DNA from: an uncultured Anaerolineaceae bacterium
GTDB lineage: Bacteria > Chloroflexota > Dehalococcoidia > Tepidiformales > Tepidiformaceae
Length of the DNA: 64,000 nt
Reading direction: 5' to 3'
Assembly (NCBI GenBank): GCA_964389725.1
Contig: CAYMDV010000004.1
Coordinates: 100,145 to 164,144, forward strand
The notes under the pieces are model-generated. The model worked only from the letters and a program-made list of their open reading frames with translations, was not told where the DNA came from and did no database searches. Made by a program: the position numbers and the translations under genes. Positions 27,036 through 37,038 of the stretch are shown piece by piece; within the stretch, counting starts at the first letter, position 1, and the number at the start of each line of letters is the position of its first letter.

Positions 27036-29042
27036 TTGTACTCCCGCTGGGCCCGCAACGGCTTCATCTGGCTCCTCGTGGTCGTGGCTGCCATTGCCAT
27101 CGGCTTCGCCTTCTTCTCCGGGGGCGACTCCCGGGAGGATGTGTCCTTCGGGCAACTCGTCCAGGATATCGAGGCCGGCCTAGTCGATACCCTCGAGGTG
27201 GACGGGCGGGACATCAACGCGATCTACTTCCAGCAGGCCCAGGGCCAGCGCCTCGAGCGCAAGTCCCAGGTGGCGGAGAACACCGACGTCGCCACCTTCC
27301 TGAGCGACCGCGGGATCGCCATCAACGGCTCCTCGCCGGGACGCCAGAACGCCGTCAACCTCGAGTTCAAGGAGAGCGGCGGCTTCGGCTGGCTCGGATT
27401 GCTCCTGAACCTGTTCCCCTTCCTCCTCTTCGGCGCCTTCCTGTTGCTCATCATGCGGCAGGCGCAGGGCTCCAACTCGCAGGCCATGAGCTTCGGCAAG
27501 AGCCGCGCGCGCCTCTTCACCGGCGCCAAGGTGACCGTCACCTTCATGGATGTCGCCGGCGCCGATGAGGCCAAGGAAGAGCTCGTCGAGGTCGTCGAGT
27601 TCCTCAAGTACCCCGAGAAGTTCGCCGCCCTCGGCGCCCGCATCCCCAAGGGCGTCCTGCTCGTGGGCCCGCCGGGCACCGGCAAGACCCTCCTCTCCCG
27701 CGCCGTCGCCGGCGAGGCGGGTGTGCCCTTCTTCAGCATCTCCGGCTCCGAGTTCGTCGAGATGTTCGTCGGCGTTGGCGCCAGCCGCGTGCGCGACCTC
27801 TTCGAACAGGCCAAGAAGAACGCGCCCTGCATCGTCTTCGTCGACGAGATCGACGCCGTCGGGCGCCAGCGCGGCGCCGGCCTCGGCGGCAGCCACGACG
27901 AGCGTGAGCAGACCCTGAACCAGATCCTCGTCGAGATGGACGGCTTCGATACCGGCACGAACGTCATCGTCATCGCCGCCACCAACCGCCCCGACATCCT
28001 CGACCCGGCGCTCATGCGCCCGGGCCGCTTCGACCGCAAGGTCGTGCTCGATTCCCCCGACGTGAAGGGCCGCGAGGCCATCCTCGGCGTGCACCTGAAG
28101 GGCAAGCCCATCAGCGACGACGTCGAGCCCGCGACCCTCGCCAAGTCGACGCCCGGCTTCAGCGGCGCCGACCTTGCCAACCTCGTGAACGAGGCCGCCA
28201 TCCTCGCCGCCCGCCGCAACCGCAAGACCATCGCCATGGGGGAGTTCGAGGAGGCGGTCGACCGCGTCATCGCCGGCCCCGAGCGCAAGAGCCGCGTGAT
28301 GAGCGAGCACGAGAAGCGGCTCACCGCCTACCACGAGGGCGGCCACACCGTCATCGCCCACTTCCTTGATAAGCACGACCCGCCCCACAAGGTCACCATC
28401 GTCTCGCGCGGCATGGCGGGCGGGTACACCCGCTTCCTCCCCGACGAGGAGACCCACTACCGCACGCCCGAAATGTTCAAGGACCAGCTCTGCACGGCCC
28501 TCGGCGGCCATGCCGCCGAGGAGCTCATCTTCGGCGAGGCCTCGACCGGACCCTCGAACGACATCGAGCAGGTCACGCGCATCGCCCGCTCGATGGTCAC
28601 CCGCTGGGGCATGAGCGCGCGCCTCGGGCTTCGCACCTTCGGGCGCAGCGACGACCTCGTCTTCCTCGGCCGTGAGATCTCGGAGACCCGCAACTACTCC
28701 GAGAAGATCGCCGAAGAGATCGACGACGAGGTGCGGCGCCTCATCGAGGAGGCGCAGGGCCGCGCCCGTGAAGTCCTCCGGGAGAAGCGCGATGTCCTGG
28801 ACAAGCTCGCGACCGTCCTGCTCGATGTCGAGACGCTCGAAGGCGAGGAGCTCACCCGTCTGCTCGAGAGCGACCCCAACGACCCCTGGCCGCCGGAGGA
28901 CCTGAAGAAGAAGGAAGAGCCGCCGGTGGAGACCCCCGACGGCGACCCTGCCGAGACGCCCACCTTCCACCCCACGCCCAAGCCTGGTCTGGCCTGGGAG
29001 GGCGGCGCCCAGGCGACCACCGACGGTGGCGGCGGGAAGTAG
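27036..29042 (+). CDS. ftsH: ATP-dependent zinc metalloprotease FtsH
   Basis: Track ORF 26799..29042. I place the start at TTG 27036, 7 nt after AGGAGA, just before the first TM helix ([18 protein letters not shown]). Walker A GPPGTGKT, Walker [12 protein letters not shown], and Zn site HEGGH. Confidence 0.95.
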   Translation: MYSRWARNGFIWLLVVVAAIAIGFAFFSGGDSREDVSFGQLVQDIEAGLVDTLEVDGRDINAIYFQQAQGQRLERKSQVAENTDVATFLSDRGIAINGSSPGRQNAVNLEFKESGGFGWLGLLLNLFPFLLFGAFLLLIMRQAQGSNSQAMSFGKSRARLFTGAKVTVTFMDVAGADEAKEELVEVVEFLKYPEKFAALGARIPKGVLLVGPPGTGKTLLSRAVAGEAGVPFFSISGSEFVEMFVGVGASRVRDLFEQAKKNAPCIVFVDEIDAVGRQRGAGLGGSHDEREQTLNQILVEMDGFDTGTNVIVIAATNRPDILDPALMRPGRFDRKVVLDSPDVKGREAILGVHLKGKPISDDVEPATLAKSTPGFSGADLANLVNEAAILAARRNRKTIAMGEFEEAVDRVIAGPERKSRVMSEHEKRLTAYHEGGHTVIAHFLDKHDPPHKVTIVSRGMAGGYTRFLPDEETHYRTPEMFKDQLCTALGGHAAEELIFGEASTGPSNDIEQVTRIARSMVTRWGMSARLGLRTFGRSDDLVFLGREISETRNYSEKIAEEIDDEVRRLIEEAQGRAREVLREKRDVLDKLATVLLDVETLEGEELTRLLESDPNDPWPPEDLKKKEEPPVETPDGDPAETPTFHPTPKPGLAWEGGAQATTDGGGGK

Positions 29043-29049
29043 CCACACC

Positions 29050-29157
29050 ATGAGCGATGAACAGGACGAACGGCGCTGCTCCGCGTGCGGCGCCAGGCTC
29101 CCCGCGAATCACGACAGTGAGCTCTGCGTGGATTGCATCATCGCCTCGGAGGGCTAG
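29050..29157 (+). CDS. possible 35-aa zinc-ribbon-like micro-protein
   Basis: Below the ORF-track size cut-off. My translation: MSDEQDERRCSACGARLPANHDSELCVDCIIASEG, with CxxC-N13-CxxC. Starts 8 nt after the ftsH stop. No RBS is obvious. Confidence 0.3.
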   Translation: MSDEQDERRCSACGARLPANHDSELCVDCIIASEG

Positions 29158-29176
29158 GCGAAGGCGCCTCGCGGCG

Positions 29177-29204
29177 TTGACCCTACGCGGGGCCTTCCTA
29201 GACT
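29177..29204 (+). promoter_or_regulatory. putative sigma-70-type promoter for rplU-rpmA-rpmE
   Basis: TTGACC (29177-29182), a 16-nt spacer, then TAGACT (29199-29204), ~40 nt upstream of the rplU GTG. Confidence 0.35.
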
Positions 29205-29245
29205 GAACCTTCCCCGATTAGAGCGGGAATGACTGGAGCAGCCGG

Positions 29246-29557
29246 GTGCAGGCGATCGTGCGAGCGGGTGGACACCAATTCATGCTCACCGAAGGGCAGG
29301 AGTTCGACGTGGGCAGCCTCGACGGCGAGCCCGGTGACACCATCGACTTCGACGTGCTCATGCTCATCGACGGCGCCGACGTCGAGATCGGCGAGCCGAC
29401 CGTCTCCGGAGCCTCCCTGCGGGCGCGCATCGCCCAGCACGGCAAGGCCCCCAAGCTTCGCTTCATGAAGTACAAGAACAAGGTGCGCTACCGGCGCACG
29501 CTCGGGCACCGGCAGCCGGTCACCCGGCTCATCGTCGAGTCCATTACGAAGGGGTAG
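29246..29557 (+). CDS. rplU: 50S ribosomal protein L21
   Basis: GTG start with GGAG upstream; MQAIVRAGGHQFMLTEGQ...KFMKYKNKVRYRRTLGHRQPVTRLIVESI. Confidence 0.95.
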   Translation: MQAIVRAGGHQFMLTEGQEFDVGSLDGEPGDTIDFDVLMLIDGADVEIGEPTVSGASLRARIAQHGKAPKLRFMKYKNKVRYRRTLGHRQPVTRLIVESITKG

Positions 29558-29560
29558 GCC

Positions 29561-29836
29561 ATGGCGCACAAGAAGGGCCTCGGCAGCACCAAGAACGGCC
29601 GCGACAGCAACAGCCAGCGCCTCGGCGTGAAGCGCTTCGACGGCGAGTACGTCACCCCCGGCACGATCATCCTGCGCCAGCGCGGCACCCGCTTCCACCC
29701 GGGAGCGAACGTCGGCCTCGGGCGCGACCACACCATCTTCGCCAAGGTCGAAGGCACCGTGAAGTTCAGCCCCCACGCCAAGGGACGGCGCAAGCGCGTG
29801 AGCGTCCTCGTCCCCGCTGGCGAGAGCGAGGAGTAA
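29561..29836 (+). CDS. rpmA: 50S ribosomal protein L27
   Basis: [61 protein letters not shown]. Confidence 0.97.
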   Translation: MAHKKGLGSTKNGRDSNSQRLGVKRFDGEYVTPGTIILRQRGTRFHPGANVGLGRDHTIFAKVEGTVKFSPHAKGRRKRVSVLVPAGESEE

Positions 29837-29840
29837 CCCG

Positions 29841-30050
29841 GTGAAGGCCGAGATTCATCCCGAATACGTCGATGCCGTCATCACCTGCTCCTGCGGGCAC
29901 CGCGTCGAGACCCGCGCCACCAAGGCCCAGATGCACATCGATGTCTGCAGCCAGTGCCACCCGTTTTTCACCGGTGAGCAGCGCATCGTCGATACGGCCG
30001 GCCGCGTCGAGCGCTTCCAGCGCCGCTACTCGCTCGGCGATCCCTCCTAG
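29841..30050 (+). CDS. rpmE: 50S ribosomal protein L31 (Cys-containing type A)
   Basis: GTG start; MKAEIHPEYVDAVITCSCGH...DVCSQCHPFFTGEQRIVDTAGRVERFQRRY. Confidence 0.95.
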   Translation: MKAEIHPEYVDAVITCSCGHRVETRATKAQMHIDVCSQCHPFFTGEQRIVDTAGRVERFQRRYSLGDPS

Positions 30051-30116
30051 CGCCTCCCGCTGCGTGGCCGCTCCACCCGGCCACCGCCCCTCCCTGCAGC
30101 AGAAGCAGTCCCCCGC

Positions 30117-31070
30117 ATGAGCGCTGCCCCCTCGCCACCCGACGTGTACTACGGCGGCCAGGCCGTCCTCGAGGGTGTCATGATCCGCGCCCCCCGGCAC
30201 ATGGCCATCGCCGTGCGCGGCCCCGGCGGCGCCATCGTGCGCCAGGTCGAGGAGCTCGCGGGCTTCACCACCGGACCGCTGCGGCGCATCCCCCTGCTGC
30301 GCGGCGCCGTCGTCCTCTGGGAGACGCTCTCGCTGGGCATGCGCGCCATCAACTTCTCCTCGCGCATCGCCTACGAGGTCGCCCTCGAGGAGGAGAAGGC
30401 CGAGCGCCTCGCCAACAATGAGCCGCCTCCCGAGGAGGAAGAGGGCGAGCTCGGCGACGCCGCCATCTGGGGCTCGATGGCCATCGGCATCGCCCTTGCC
30501 GTCGGCATCTTCTTCGTTGGACCCGTGCTGTTTGCCAACTTCCTCGAGTCGCTGGGCGTCGTCCGCGCCGGCGTCGTCGCCATCGAGGCGGGCGTGCGGA
30601 TGGCGCTGTTCGTCGCCTACATCGCCCTCATCGGGCTCATGCCCGATATCCGCCGCATGTTCCAGTACCACGGCGCCGAGCACATGACCATCCACGCCTA
30701 CGAAGCCGCCCGCCCCCTCACCGTCCCCGATGTCCGCGGCCTGCCCAAGGAGCACACCCGCTGCGGCACCAGCTTCCTCGTCGTCGTCATCGTGATCGCG
30801 CTGGCTGCCTTCATGGTGTTCGACCTGCTCGTCGACGAGGGCATCGTCGTGCGCATCCTCTCGCGCGTGGTGCTGCTACCCCCCATCGCCGGGATCAGCT
30901 ACGAGATCCTGCGCTTCGGCGCCCGCTACGAATCGAACGCTCTTGTGCGCTCCCTCTTCATCCCCAACATCGCCCTCCAGGCGCTTACCACGCGCGTCCC
31001 CGAGGACGACCAGATCGAGGTCGCCATCGCCGCCTTCGAGACGGCCCTGGAGTCCTCCGCCGAAGGCTAG
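30117..31070 (+). CDS. DUF1385 domain-containing membrane protein (YqhQ-like)
   Basis: YYGGQAVLEGVMIRAP...YHGAEHMTIHAYE...CGTSFL plus several hydrophobic helices, the pattern of the DUF1385 family. Confidence 0.85.
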   Translation: MSAAPSPPDVYYGGQAVLEGVMIRAPRHMAIAVRGPGGAIVRQVEELAGFTTGPLRRIPLLRGAVVLWETLSLGMRAINFSSRIAYEVALEEEKAERLANNEPPPEEEEGELGDAAIWGSMAIGIALAVGIFFVGPVLFANFLESLGVVRAGVVAIEAGVRMALFVAYIALIGLMPDIRRMFQYHGAEHMTIHAYEAARPLTVPDVRGLPKEHTRCGTSFLVVVIVIALAAFMVFDLLVDEGIVVRILSRVVLLPPIAGISYEILRFGARYESNALVRSLFIPNIALQALTTRVPEDDQIEVAIAAFETALESSAEG

Positions 31071-31118
31071 CGGGAGGCCGTCTGGCGCGCAGCGGCGGTG
31101 GTCCGTACCGTGTGCGCC

Positions 31119-31976
31119 ATGACGGCGGCTGCCTACCGGACGGGCGAGTTTGACATCGCCGTGGTCTCCGATGGCCACATCAAGCTCGATGGGGGCGCCA
31201 TTTTCGGGCTCGTCCCCCGCATCCTCTGGGAGCCCGTCGTCGGCAGCGAGAACATCGACGCCGAACACCGCATCCCCCTCGCCCTCAACTGCATGCTCGT
31301 GCGCCGCGGCGACGACGTCATCCTCGTCGAGACGGGCATGGGCACCAAGTACACGGAGCGCGAGCGCGAGCGCATCTGGCCGGGCCAATACGGAACCCTC
31401 CTCGATGAGCTTGCCGCCATCGGTGTGGCCCCCGCGGACGTGACCCACGTCGTCAATACCCACCTCCACACCGATCACTGCGGCTGGAACACGGTCGAGC
31501 GCGACGGCGAGGTGGTGCCCACCTTCCCCAACGCCCGCTACTTCATCCAGCAGGGCGAGTACGAGGCCGCCCTCAACCCCAACGACCGCACCCGCGCCAC
31601 CTACCTCGCCCCCAACTTCGTCCCCCTCGAGGAAGCGGGCCAGCTCGAGCTCATCGACGGCGAGCGCGAGATCCTGCCCGGCATCACCTTCCTGCCGACC
31701 CCCGGCCACACCGCCGACCACGCCTCCATCGTGCTCAGCTCCCGGGGCGAGACCGCCATCTACACGGGCGATCTCGTGCACCACGCCGTGCAAGCCGAAC
31801 GCCCCGCCTGGATCGCCGCCTTCGACATCCTCCCGCTGGTCAGCCTCGAATCGAAGAAGCGGCTCATGGAGCGGGCCGTGCGCGAGCGCGCCCTCCTCGT
31901 CTGCGTCCATAACGCCTTTCCCGGCGTGGGCCGTCTGACCGAGGTCGACGGCCGCCGGCGCTTCGTCGAGGAGTGA
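31119..31976 (+). CDS. MBL-fold metallo-hydrolase
   Basis: Track ORF 31098..31976 (GTG). An ATG at 31119 is also possible. Metal-binding motif NTHLHTDHCGWN and a later TPGHTADH. Confidence 0.85.
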   Translation: MTAAAYRTGEFDIAVVSDGHIKLDGGAIFGLVPRILWEPVVGSENIDAEHRIPLALNCMLVRRGDDVILVETGMGTKYTERERERIWPGQYGTLLDELAAIGVAPADVTHVVNTHLHTDHCGWNTVERDGEVVPTFPNARYFIQQGEYEAALNPNDRTRATYLAPNFVPLEEAGQLELIDGEREILPGITFLPTPGHTADHASIVLSSRGETAIYTGDLVHHAVQAERPAWIAAFDILPLVSLESKKRLMERAVRERALLVCVHNAFPGVGRLTEVDGRRRFVEE

Positions 31977-33016
31977 CCGACCCCGGCGTCAATCGCCTGG
32001 CCCTGCACGCCGTCCACGAGACGCTCGGCGCGACCTTCGCGCTGCACGGCGGCTGGCGTCTCCCCGAGACCTACGGCGATCCCGAGGATGAGTACGCGCG
32101 GCTGCGCTCGAACGCCGTCGCCTTCGACCGTTCCGACCGCACCCGACTGCTCGTCAGCGGCACGGATGCCGGGGCGGTGCTGGGCGCGGTCTTCGGCGCG
32201 GCGGCGGGCGAGCTGGAGGAAGGCCGTGCCGTCCGCGCGGCCGCCCTCGACGACGCCGGTCGCATCGCCGACCTCGCCCTCGTCGCGCGCACGGGCGGCA
32301 TCGCCTACATCGTCATGGGCGAACCCGGGCGCGGCGCTTCCACGCTGGCCATGCTCGAGGGGGCCGTCGGTGAGGAGTACGACGTCGTCATCCAGGACCG
32401 CACCGCGACCACCTGTCTTGTCGGGATCGCCGGTCCGGGGGCGGCGGACGCGGCCACCCGCCACGTGAACGACTCCCTCGCTCCGCGCCTCCCCTCGATG
32501 CACGCCGCCCCCTTCGAGTTCCATGGCTACCGCGCTCTCGCCGTGCGCACGAGCGCCCTCGGCGAGGACGGCTTCGAGTTCATGGTGGCGCCGCCCGTGG
32601 CCGAGCACCTGCTCGGGCTGCTGGAGGCCGGCGGCATCGGGCCGGCGGGCGCCGCGGCCCAGGAGGTCGCCCGTATCGAGGCGGGCGTGCCCGCCTTCAC
32701 CCCCGACCTGGAGACGGGCCTGACCCCCGCCGAGGCCGGCCTCGGAGAGGCCCTCGGCCTTCCCCCCGAGGAGCCACCGCGCCTCCTGAGCGCCCTCCTC
32801 TTCGAGGGCTTCGCCACGCCCCCCGTGGGCGCCCCGGCGCTCGCCGAGGGGCAGGTTGTGGGCGAGCTCCGCAGCTGCGCGCGCTCCTTCGCGCTTGACG
32901 CTGCCGTAGGACTGGCAATACTCAATCTCGACCGGAGCCAACCGGGCACAGCCATATCGGTCGGCGGCGAGCGCGCCCTGGTCGCGCAGAAGCCGCTCTA
33001 CCGGCGGAGGAAATAG
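31973..33016 (+). CDS. aminomethyltransferase (GcvT)-fold folate-binding protein (YgfZ/GcvT-like)
   Basis: 347-aa ORF. GTG start overlaps the previous stop. LHAVHETLGATFALHGGWRLPETYGDPEDEYARLRSNAVAFDRSDRTRLLVSG is the typical GcvT-family N-terminus. Confidence 0.8.
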   Translation: MTDPGVNRLALHAVHETLGATFALHGGWRLPETYGDPEDEYARLRSNAVAFDRSDRTRLLVSGTDAGAVLGAVFGAAAGELEEGRAVRAAALDDAGRIADLALVARTGGIAYIVMGEPGRGASTLAMLEGAVGEEYDVVIQDRTATTCLVGIAGPGAADAATRHVNDSLAPRLPSMHAAPFEFHGYRALAVRTSALGEDGFEFMVAPPVAEHLLGLLEAGGIGPAGAAAQEVARIEAGVPAFTPDLETGLTPAEAGLGEALGLPPEEPPRLLSALLFEGFATPPVGAPALAEGQVVGELRSCARSFALDAAVGLAILNLDRSQPGTAISVGGERALVAQKPLYRRRK

Positions 33017-33019
33017 CAA

Positions 33020-33586
33020 ATGCCACTCGGCGACATCCCCATGCCCGCCCTGCCCGAGACGCACTATCACGGGAAAGTGGAGATCATCCTCGGGAGCGAC
33101 TGGCGCTCGGTGTACGTCGAGGAGGAGGAGTCCCTCCCCGACGATCGCCCCGCCCTCTACGCCTACGCCTGCGTCGTCCGCGGCGACTACGGTTACGTGA
33201 CCGAGCAGGAAGAGGGCAGCGGCTGGGACGTGGTCGAAGGCGAGATCGGCGAGGGCGAGACCCCCGAGGAGTTCGTCAGCCGCGCCGCCCACGAGCGAAT
33301 CGGCGCGACCATCTCGCAGACGCTCCTCCTCGGCTACCTCGATTGCGAGGCCACCAGCTACAACGAGCGCTACGAGACCCACTTCCGCGCCATCCGGCCT
33401 GTCTACGTGGCGATCGCGAGCGAGGTGGGGCGGATTCCCGAGGACTCGGGCTGGCACCGCCGCCGCCTGCCCATGAACCAGTACACGAACGAGTTGCGGA
33501 AGCGTTACCTGCTGCTCTCCCAGCACCTGATGAAGGGCCTGAACCGCTACATGGTCCTGGATCGCACGGGGCAGCTGAAGGGCTAA
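33020..33586 (+). CDS. hypothetical protein with degenerate Nudix-box-like segment
   Basis: 188-aa ORF. GEIGEGETPEEFVSRAAHERIGA resembles Gx5Ex7R..E..G but lacks the REUxEE glutamates. No other motif recognised. Confidence 0.5.
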   Translation: MPLGDIPMPALPETHYHGKVEIILGSDWRSVYVEEEESLPDDRPALYAYACVVRGDYGYVTEQEEGSGWDVVEGEIGEGETPEEFVSRAAHERIGATISQTLLLGYLDCEATSYNERYETHFRAIRPVYVAIASEVGRIPEDSGWHRRRLPMNQYTNELRKRYLLLSQHLMKGLNRYMVLDRTGQLKG

Positions 33587-33590
33587 CCGC

Positions 33591-34328
33591 CTACTCCTCG
33601 TCCTCCGCGATCGCCCACGTCGCGTGCACTGTGACGCTTACGCCCGCGGTTCCCGGCTGGATCGACGTGGCCGCCATGTCGAAGGCCATCTCGGCGCGCC
33701 CGGCTCCCGCCGCGAAGGGCGCCGCCCAGCTCGTCTCGACGACGCTGACCGGCTCGCCCAGGGTCACGCCCGTGAGCTCCGCGAGCTGCTCGGCCTTCGC
33801 CCGTGCATCCGCGACGGCCAGCTCGCGCGCCTGCTCCGTCAACGCCTCCGGATTCTCGTGGCCGAAGGCGATTCCGTTGAAGCGAATGGCGTCGCCCCCC
33901 GCTGCCGCCACCGCGTCGATCAGCTCCCCGATCCCGTCGATGTCCCGCACCGTCACCTCGATCGCGTTCGAGACGACGTAGCCGTTGATGCGCGGCGTGT
34001 CGTCCCGGTAGTCGTACATCGGGTAGATGGAGAAGTTCACCGTCCGGATGTCCGGCTCCTCGACGCCGTTGGCGCGCAGCGCGGCGACAACCGCGTCGGT
34101 CGCCTCGGCGGCGCCTGCCCGCGCCGCCGCAACGCTGTCGGCGCGAACCTCGACCCCCGTGCTCACGCTGGCGATGTCGGGTTCCGCGAGCACCTCGCCG
34201 GTTCCGTTCACGCTGATGGAGCGCTCGGCGTCGATCCCGTCGTCCACCGAGGCCTGCAGGCAGGCGGAGGCGAGAACGAGGAACGCCACGGCGGCCCCGA
34301 GGATGGCGATCAGGCGGGTGCGGGTCAT
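33591..34328 (-). CDS. SIMPL (DUF541) domain-containing secreted protein
   Basis: Signal/lipobox-like N-terminus (LVLASACLQ). ISVNGTGEVLAEPDIASVSTGVEV...A and a repeated beta-alpha pattern are typical of SIMPL/26-kDa periplasmic immunogenic proteins. Confidence 0.8.
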   Translation of the reverse strand: MTRTRLIAILGAAVAFLVLASACLQASVDDGIDAERSISVNGTGEVLAEPDIASVSTGVEVRADSVAAARAGAAEATDAVVAALRANGVEEPDIRTVNFSIYPMYDYRDDTPRINGYVVSNAIEVTVRDIDGIGELIDAVAAAGGDAIRFNGIAFGHENPEALTEQARELAVADARAKAEQLAELTGVTLGEPVSVVETSWAAPFAAGAGRAEMAFDMAATSIQPGTAGVSVTVHATWAIAEDEE

Positions 34329-34378
34329 GGAACCTCTATGCCCGCGTGCAGGCGGGCCACGTTCGAGCGTAGGTGACG

Positions 34379-35149
34379 CTACCCTGACGCGCGACCTGCC
34401 GAGCGCCTCACGCGATAGCGCAGGTAAAGCTCGTTCGTCTCCGGGTTGGCGTGAGCCGAGAGCAGCGTCAGCCGCTTCGCCTCCGCGATCGTGAACGCGC
34501 GTTCCCCGGCGACCGCCGTCAGCGTGTCCGCCCCGCCCACGACCACCGGCCCCAGCGTCACGAACGCCTCGTCGATGGCGTCGATCGCGTACAGGCCCGC
34601 GTAGATCGTTGGCCCGCCCTCGACGAGCAGCACCTCCGCGTCCAGCTCGTGCCGCAGGTGCCGCAGCATTGCCGCGAACTCGTCGCCCGCCGGCAACGTC
34701 ACGACGGGCCGCCCCGTGGCCGCGACCGCCGCCCGGCGCTCCTCCGGCGCTTCCTCGGAGAGGTACACGACCGCCGGAAAGTCGGTGGCCGTGAAGAACG
34801 CCCGCTCCAGCGGCAGATCCCCGCTTCGGCTCAACACCGCCGCGATCGGTGTGCGCGGCTTGACCCGCCCCAGGCGGATCAACTCCAGCTCGCGGTCGCC
34901 CAGCCGGGAGGAGGTGCCGCTCGCCCGCAGCGTGCCTGCTCCGTTCAGGACCACGTCCGCGTTCACCCGCAGCTCGCGCATGAGCCGCTGGTCCACTTCC
35001 GACCCGATGCCCCGCTCCGTGCCCTCGATCACGCTCTTGCCGTCCGCCGACATCACCACGTTCGCGATGACGTAGGGCCGGTCGGGTGGAGGCTCCGGCA
35101 GGTCGAGCGCCGTGTAGTCGGGTTTGCCCGGGTCCCAGGGGCCGCTCAC
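34379..35149 (-). CDS. RibD C-terminal domain / dihydrofolate-reductase-like family protein
   Basis: PYVIANVVMSADGKSV...VLNGAGTLR...LLVEGGPTIYAGL, characteristic of the bifunctional deaminase-reductase C-terminal domain. Confidence 0.82.
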   Translation of the reverse strand: MSGPWDPGKPDYTALDLPEPPPDRPYVIANVVMSADGKSVIEGTERGIGSEVDQRLMRELRVNADVVLNGAGTLRASGTSSRLGDRELELIRLGRVKPRTPIAAVLSRSGDLPLERAFFTATDFPAVVYLSEEAPEERRAAVAATGRPVVTLPAGDEFAAMLRHLRHELDAEVLLVEGGPTIYAGLYAIDAIDEAFVTLGPVVVGGADTLTAVAGERAFTIAEAKRLTLLSAHANPETNELYLRYRVRRSAGRASG

Positions 35150-35475
35150 GGCAGGTCGTGCTCGCGGTCGACCTCGCGGTAGTAGCAGGTCACGTTGTTC
35201 GTGTGGCAGGTCGGGCCCTCGGGCCGCGCCATCACCAGCAGCGAGTTGTCCTCGCAGTTCTTGTGCAGGCTGACGAAGTTGAGGAAGTTCCCGCTCGTCG
35301 CGCCCTTCTCCCAGAGTTCGTCCCGGCTGCGGCTCCAGAACGTCACGTGCCCCGTCGCGAACGTGTGGTCCAGCGACTGGCGGTTCATCCAGCCCAGCAT
35401 CAACACCTGCTGGGTCTCGACGTCCTGGACGATGGCGGGGATGCGGTCGTGCTCGTCGAAGGAAAGGGGGGCCAT
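35146..35475 (-). CDS. hisI: phosphoribosyl-AMP cyclohydrolase
   Basis: Track ORF 35146..35517. I prefer ATG at 35475 (MAPLSFDEHDRIPAIVQD...), which has AAGAGGA upstream. Motifs: GWMNRQSL, FWSRSR..LW.KG.TSGN, C-x-D...C. Confidence 0.92.
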   Translation of the reverse strand: MAPLSFDEHDRIPAIVQDVETQQVLMLGWMNRQSLDHTFATGHVTFWSRSRDELWEKGATSGNFLNFVSLHKNCEDNSLLVMARPEGPTCHTNNVTCYYREVDREHDLP

Positions 35476-35548
35476 GCGCGTCCTCTTGGCTACTCGGTTG
35501 TCTCTGCCTTCGAGCATAGCCGGGGGAATCGTTGTAGGCGTCCCCGCG

Positions 35549-36319
35549 TCAGTCGCGGTCGCCCACGGGTCGCATGGGGATGCCTGCTTCCGCCAGCGCC
35601 GCCTTCACCTCGCGGATGGAGTACGTGCCGAAGTGGAAGATGCTCGCCGCCAGCACGGCGTCCGCCAGCCCCTCGGTAAGCGCCTCCGCCATGTGGTCGG
35701 GACCGCCCGCCCCCCCGGACGCGATGACCGGTACGTTCACGGCCTCGCTCATCGCCCGCAGCATGGGGATGTCGTACCCCTTCTGGTGGCCGTCGGTATC
35801 CATGCTCGTCACGAGCAGCTCGCCCGCCCCCCGCTCCACTACCTCCCGCGCCCACGCGATCGCGTCCATCCCCGTGGGTGTGCGCCCGCCGTGCGTGTAG
35901 ACCTCCCAGCCCTCCCCGGTCCCCTTCGCGTCGATGGCCACCACGATGCACTGGCTCCCGAAGCGATAGGCCCCTTCGTTCACCAGGTCCGGGTCGTTCA
36001 CGGCGGCCGTGTTGATGCTCACCTTGTCCGCCCCCAGCTCCAGCATCGTCTTCATGTCGACGGTCGTGCGGATGCCCCCGCCCACGGTGAAGGGGATGAA
36101 CACCTGGTCCGCCGTCGCCGACACCATGTCGTAGACCGTCGCCCGGTTGTCCGAAGACGCGGTGATGTCGAGGAACACGAGCTCGTCCGCGCCCTCGGCG
36201 TCGTACAGCTTTGCCAGCTCGACCGGGTCGCCGGCGTCGCGTAGCTCCACGAAGGAGACGCCCTTCACCACGCGGCCCCGGTCCACGTCGAAGCAGGGGA
36301 TGATCCGTTTCGTCAGCAC
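35549..36319 (-). CDS. hisF: imidazole glycerol phosphate synthase cyclase subunit
   Basis: In-frame GTG at 36319 within track ORF 35549..37048: [54 protein letters not shown]...GGGIRT...[13 protein letters not shown]...IASGGAG. Confidence 0.95.
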   Translation of the reverse strand: MLTKRIIPCFDVDRGRVVKGVSFVELRDAGDPVELAKLYDAEGADELVFLDITASSDNRATVYDMVSATADQVFIPFTVGGGIRTTVDMKTMLELGADKVSINTAAVNDPDLVNEGAYRFGSQCIVVAIDAKGTGEGWEVYTHGGRTPTGMDAIAWAREVVERGAGELLVTSMDTDGHQKGYDIPMLRAMSEAVNVPVIASGGAGGPDHMAEALTEGLADAVLAASIFHFGTYSIREVKAALAEAGIPMRPVGDRD

Positions 36320-37038
36320 GCCGCCACCGCCTCCAGCGCTTCCGCCAGGGTGAAGCGCCCCTCGTAGAGCGCCTTCCCCACGATCGCGCCCTCGCAGCCC
36401 GTCTCCGCCAGCGCCCGCAGGTCGTCCGCGGTCGTGACCCCGCCCGACGCCACCACCGGCACCGGGAGCGCCCCCGCGAACTCCGCCGCCAGCGCCACGT
36501 TCGGCCCCTCGAGCGCGCCGTCCCGCGCTACATCCGTGACCATGATGCGTGGCGCCCCCCGCGCCACCATTTCCTTCGCCAGCGCCAGCGCATCCGCCCC
36601 CGACCCCTCGCGCCACCCCTCCGTCAGCGCCTCCCCCGCGCGCGTATCGACCGCCACCACGACCATCCCCGGGAAGCGCTCGGCCGCGGTGTTCACGAGG
36701 TCGGGGTTGCGAACAGCGGCGCTCCCGAGCTGCAGGCGCGCCGCCCCCAGTCCCGCCGCCGCCTCCAAATCGTCCATCGTGCGCAGCCCCCCCGAGACCT
36801 CCACCGGGATCGCGACCGCCTCGCAGATGGCCGCCACCTCCGCCCGGTTCACCGGGCGCCCCTCTCGCGCCCCGTCGAGGTCCACCACGTGCAGCCGGGG
36901 CGCGCCCTGCGCCTCCCACTCCCGCGCCACCGCCGCCGGGTCGTCGCCGTAGACGGTTTCGCGGTCGTAGTCTCCCTGGAGGAGGCGCACGCAGCGCCCC
37001 CCGCGGATGTCGATGGCCGGGATCACCTCGAATGTCAC
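36313..37038 (-). CDS. hisA: 1-(5-phosphoribosyl)-5-[(5-phosphoribosylamino)methylideneamino]imidazole-4-carboxamide isomerase
   Basis: [30 protein letters not shown]...LHVVDLDGA...VSGGLRT...VASGGVT. Confidence 0.95.
   Translation of the reverse strand: MTFEVIPAIDIRGGRCVRLLQGDYDRETVYGDDPAAVAREWEAQGAPRLHVVDLDGAREGRPVNRAEVAAICEAVAIPVEVSGGLRTMDDLEAAAGLGAARLQLGSAAVRNPDLVNTAAERFPGMVVVAVDTRAGEALTEGWREGSGADALALAKEMVARGAPRIMVTDVARDGALEGPNVALAAEFAGALPVPVVASGGVTTADDLRALAETGCEGAIVGKALYEGRFTLAEALEAVAAC

Noticed and set aside
27180-29051. 623-aa minus-strand ORF
   Set aside because: Antisense shadow of ftsH.
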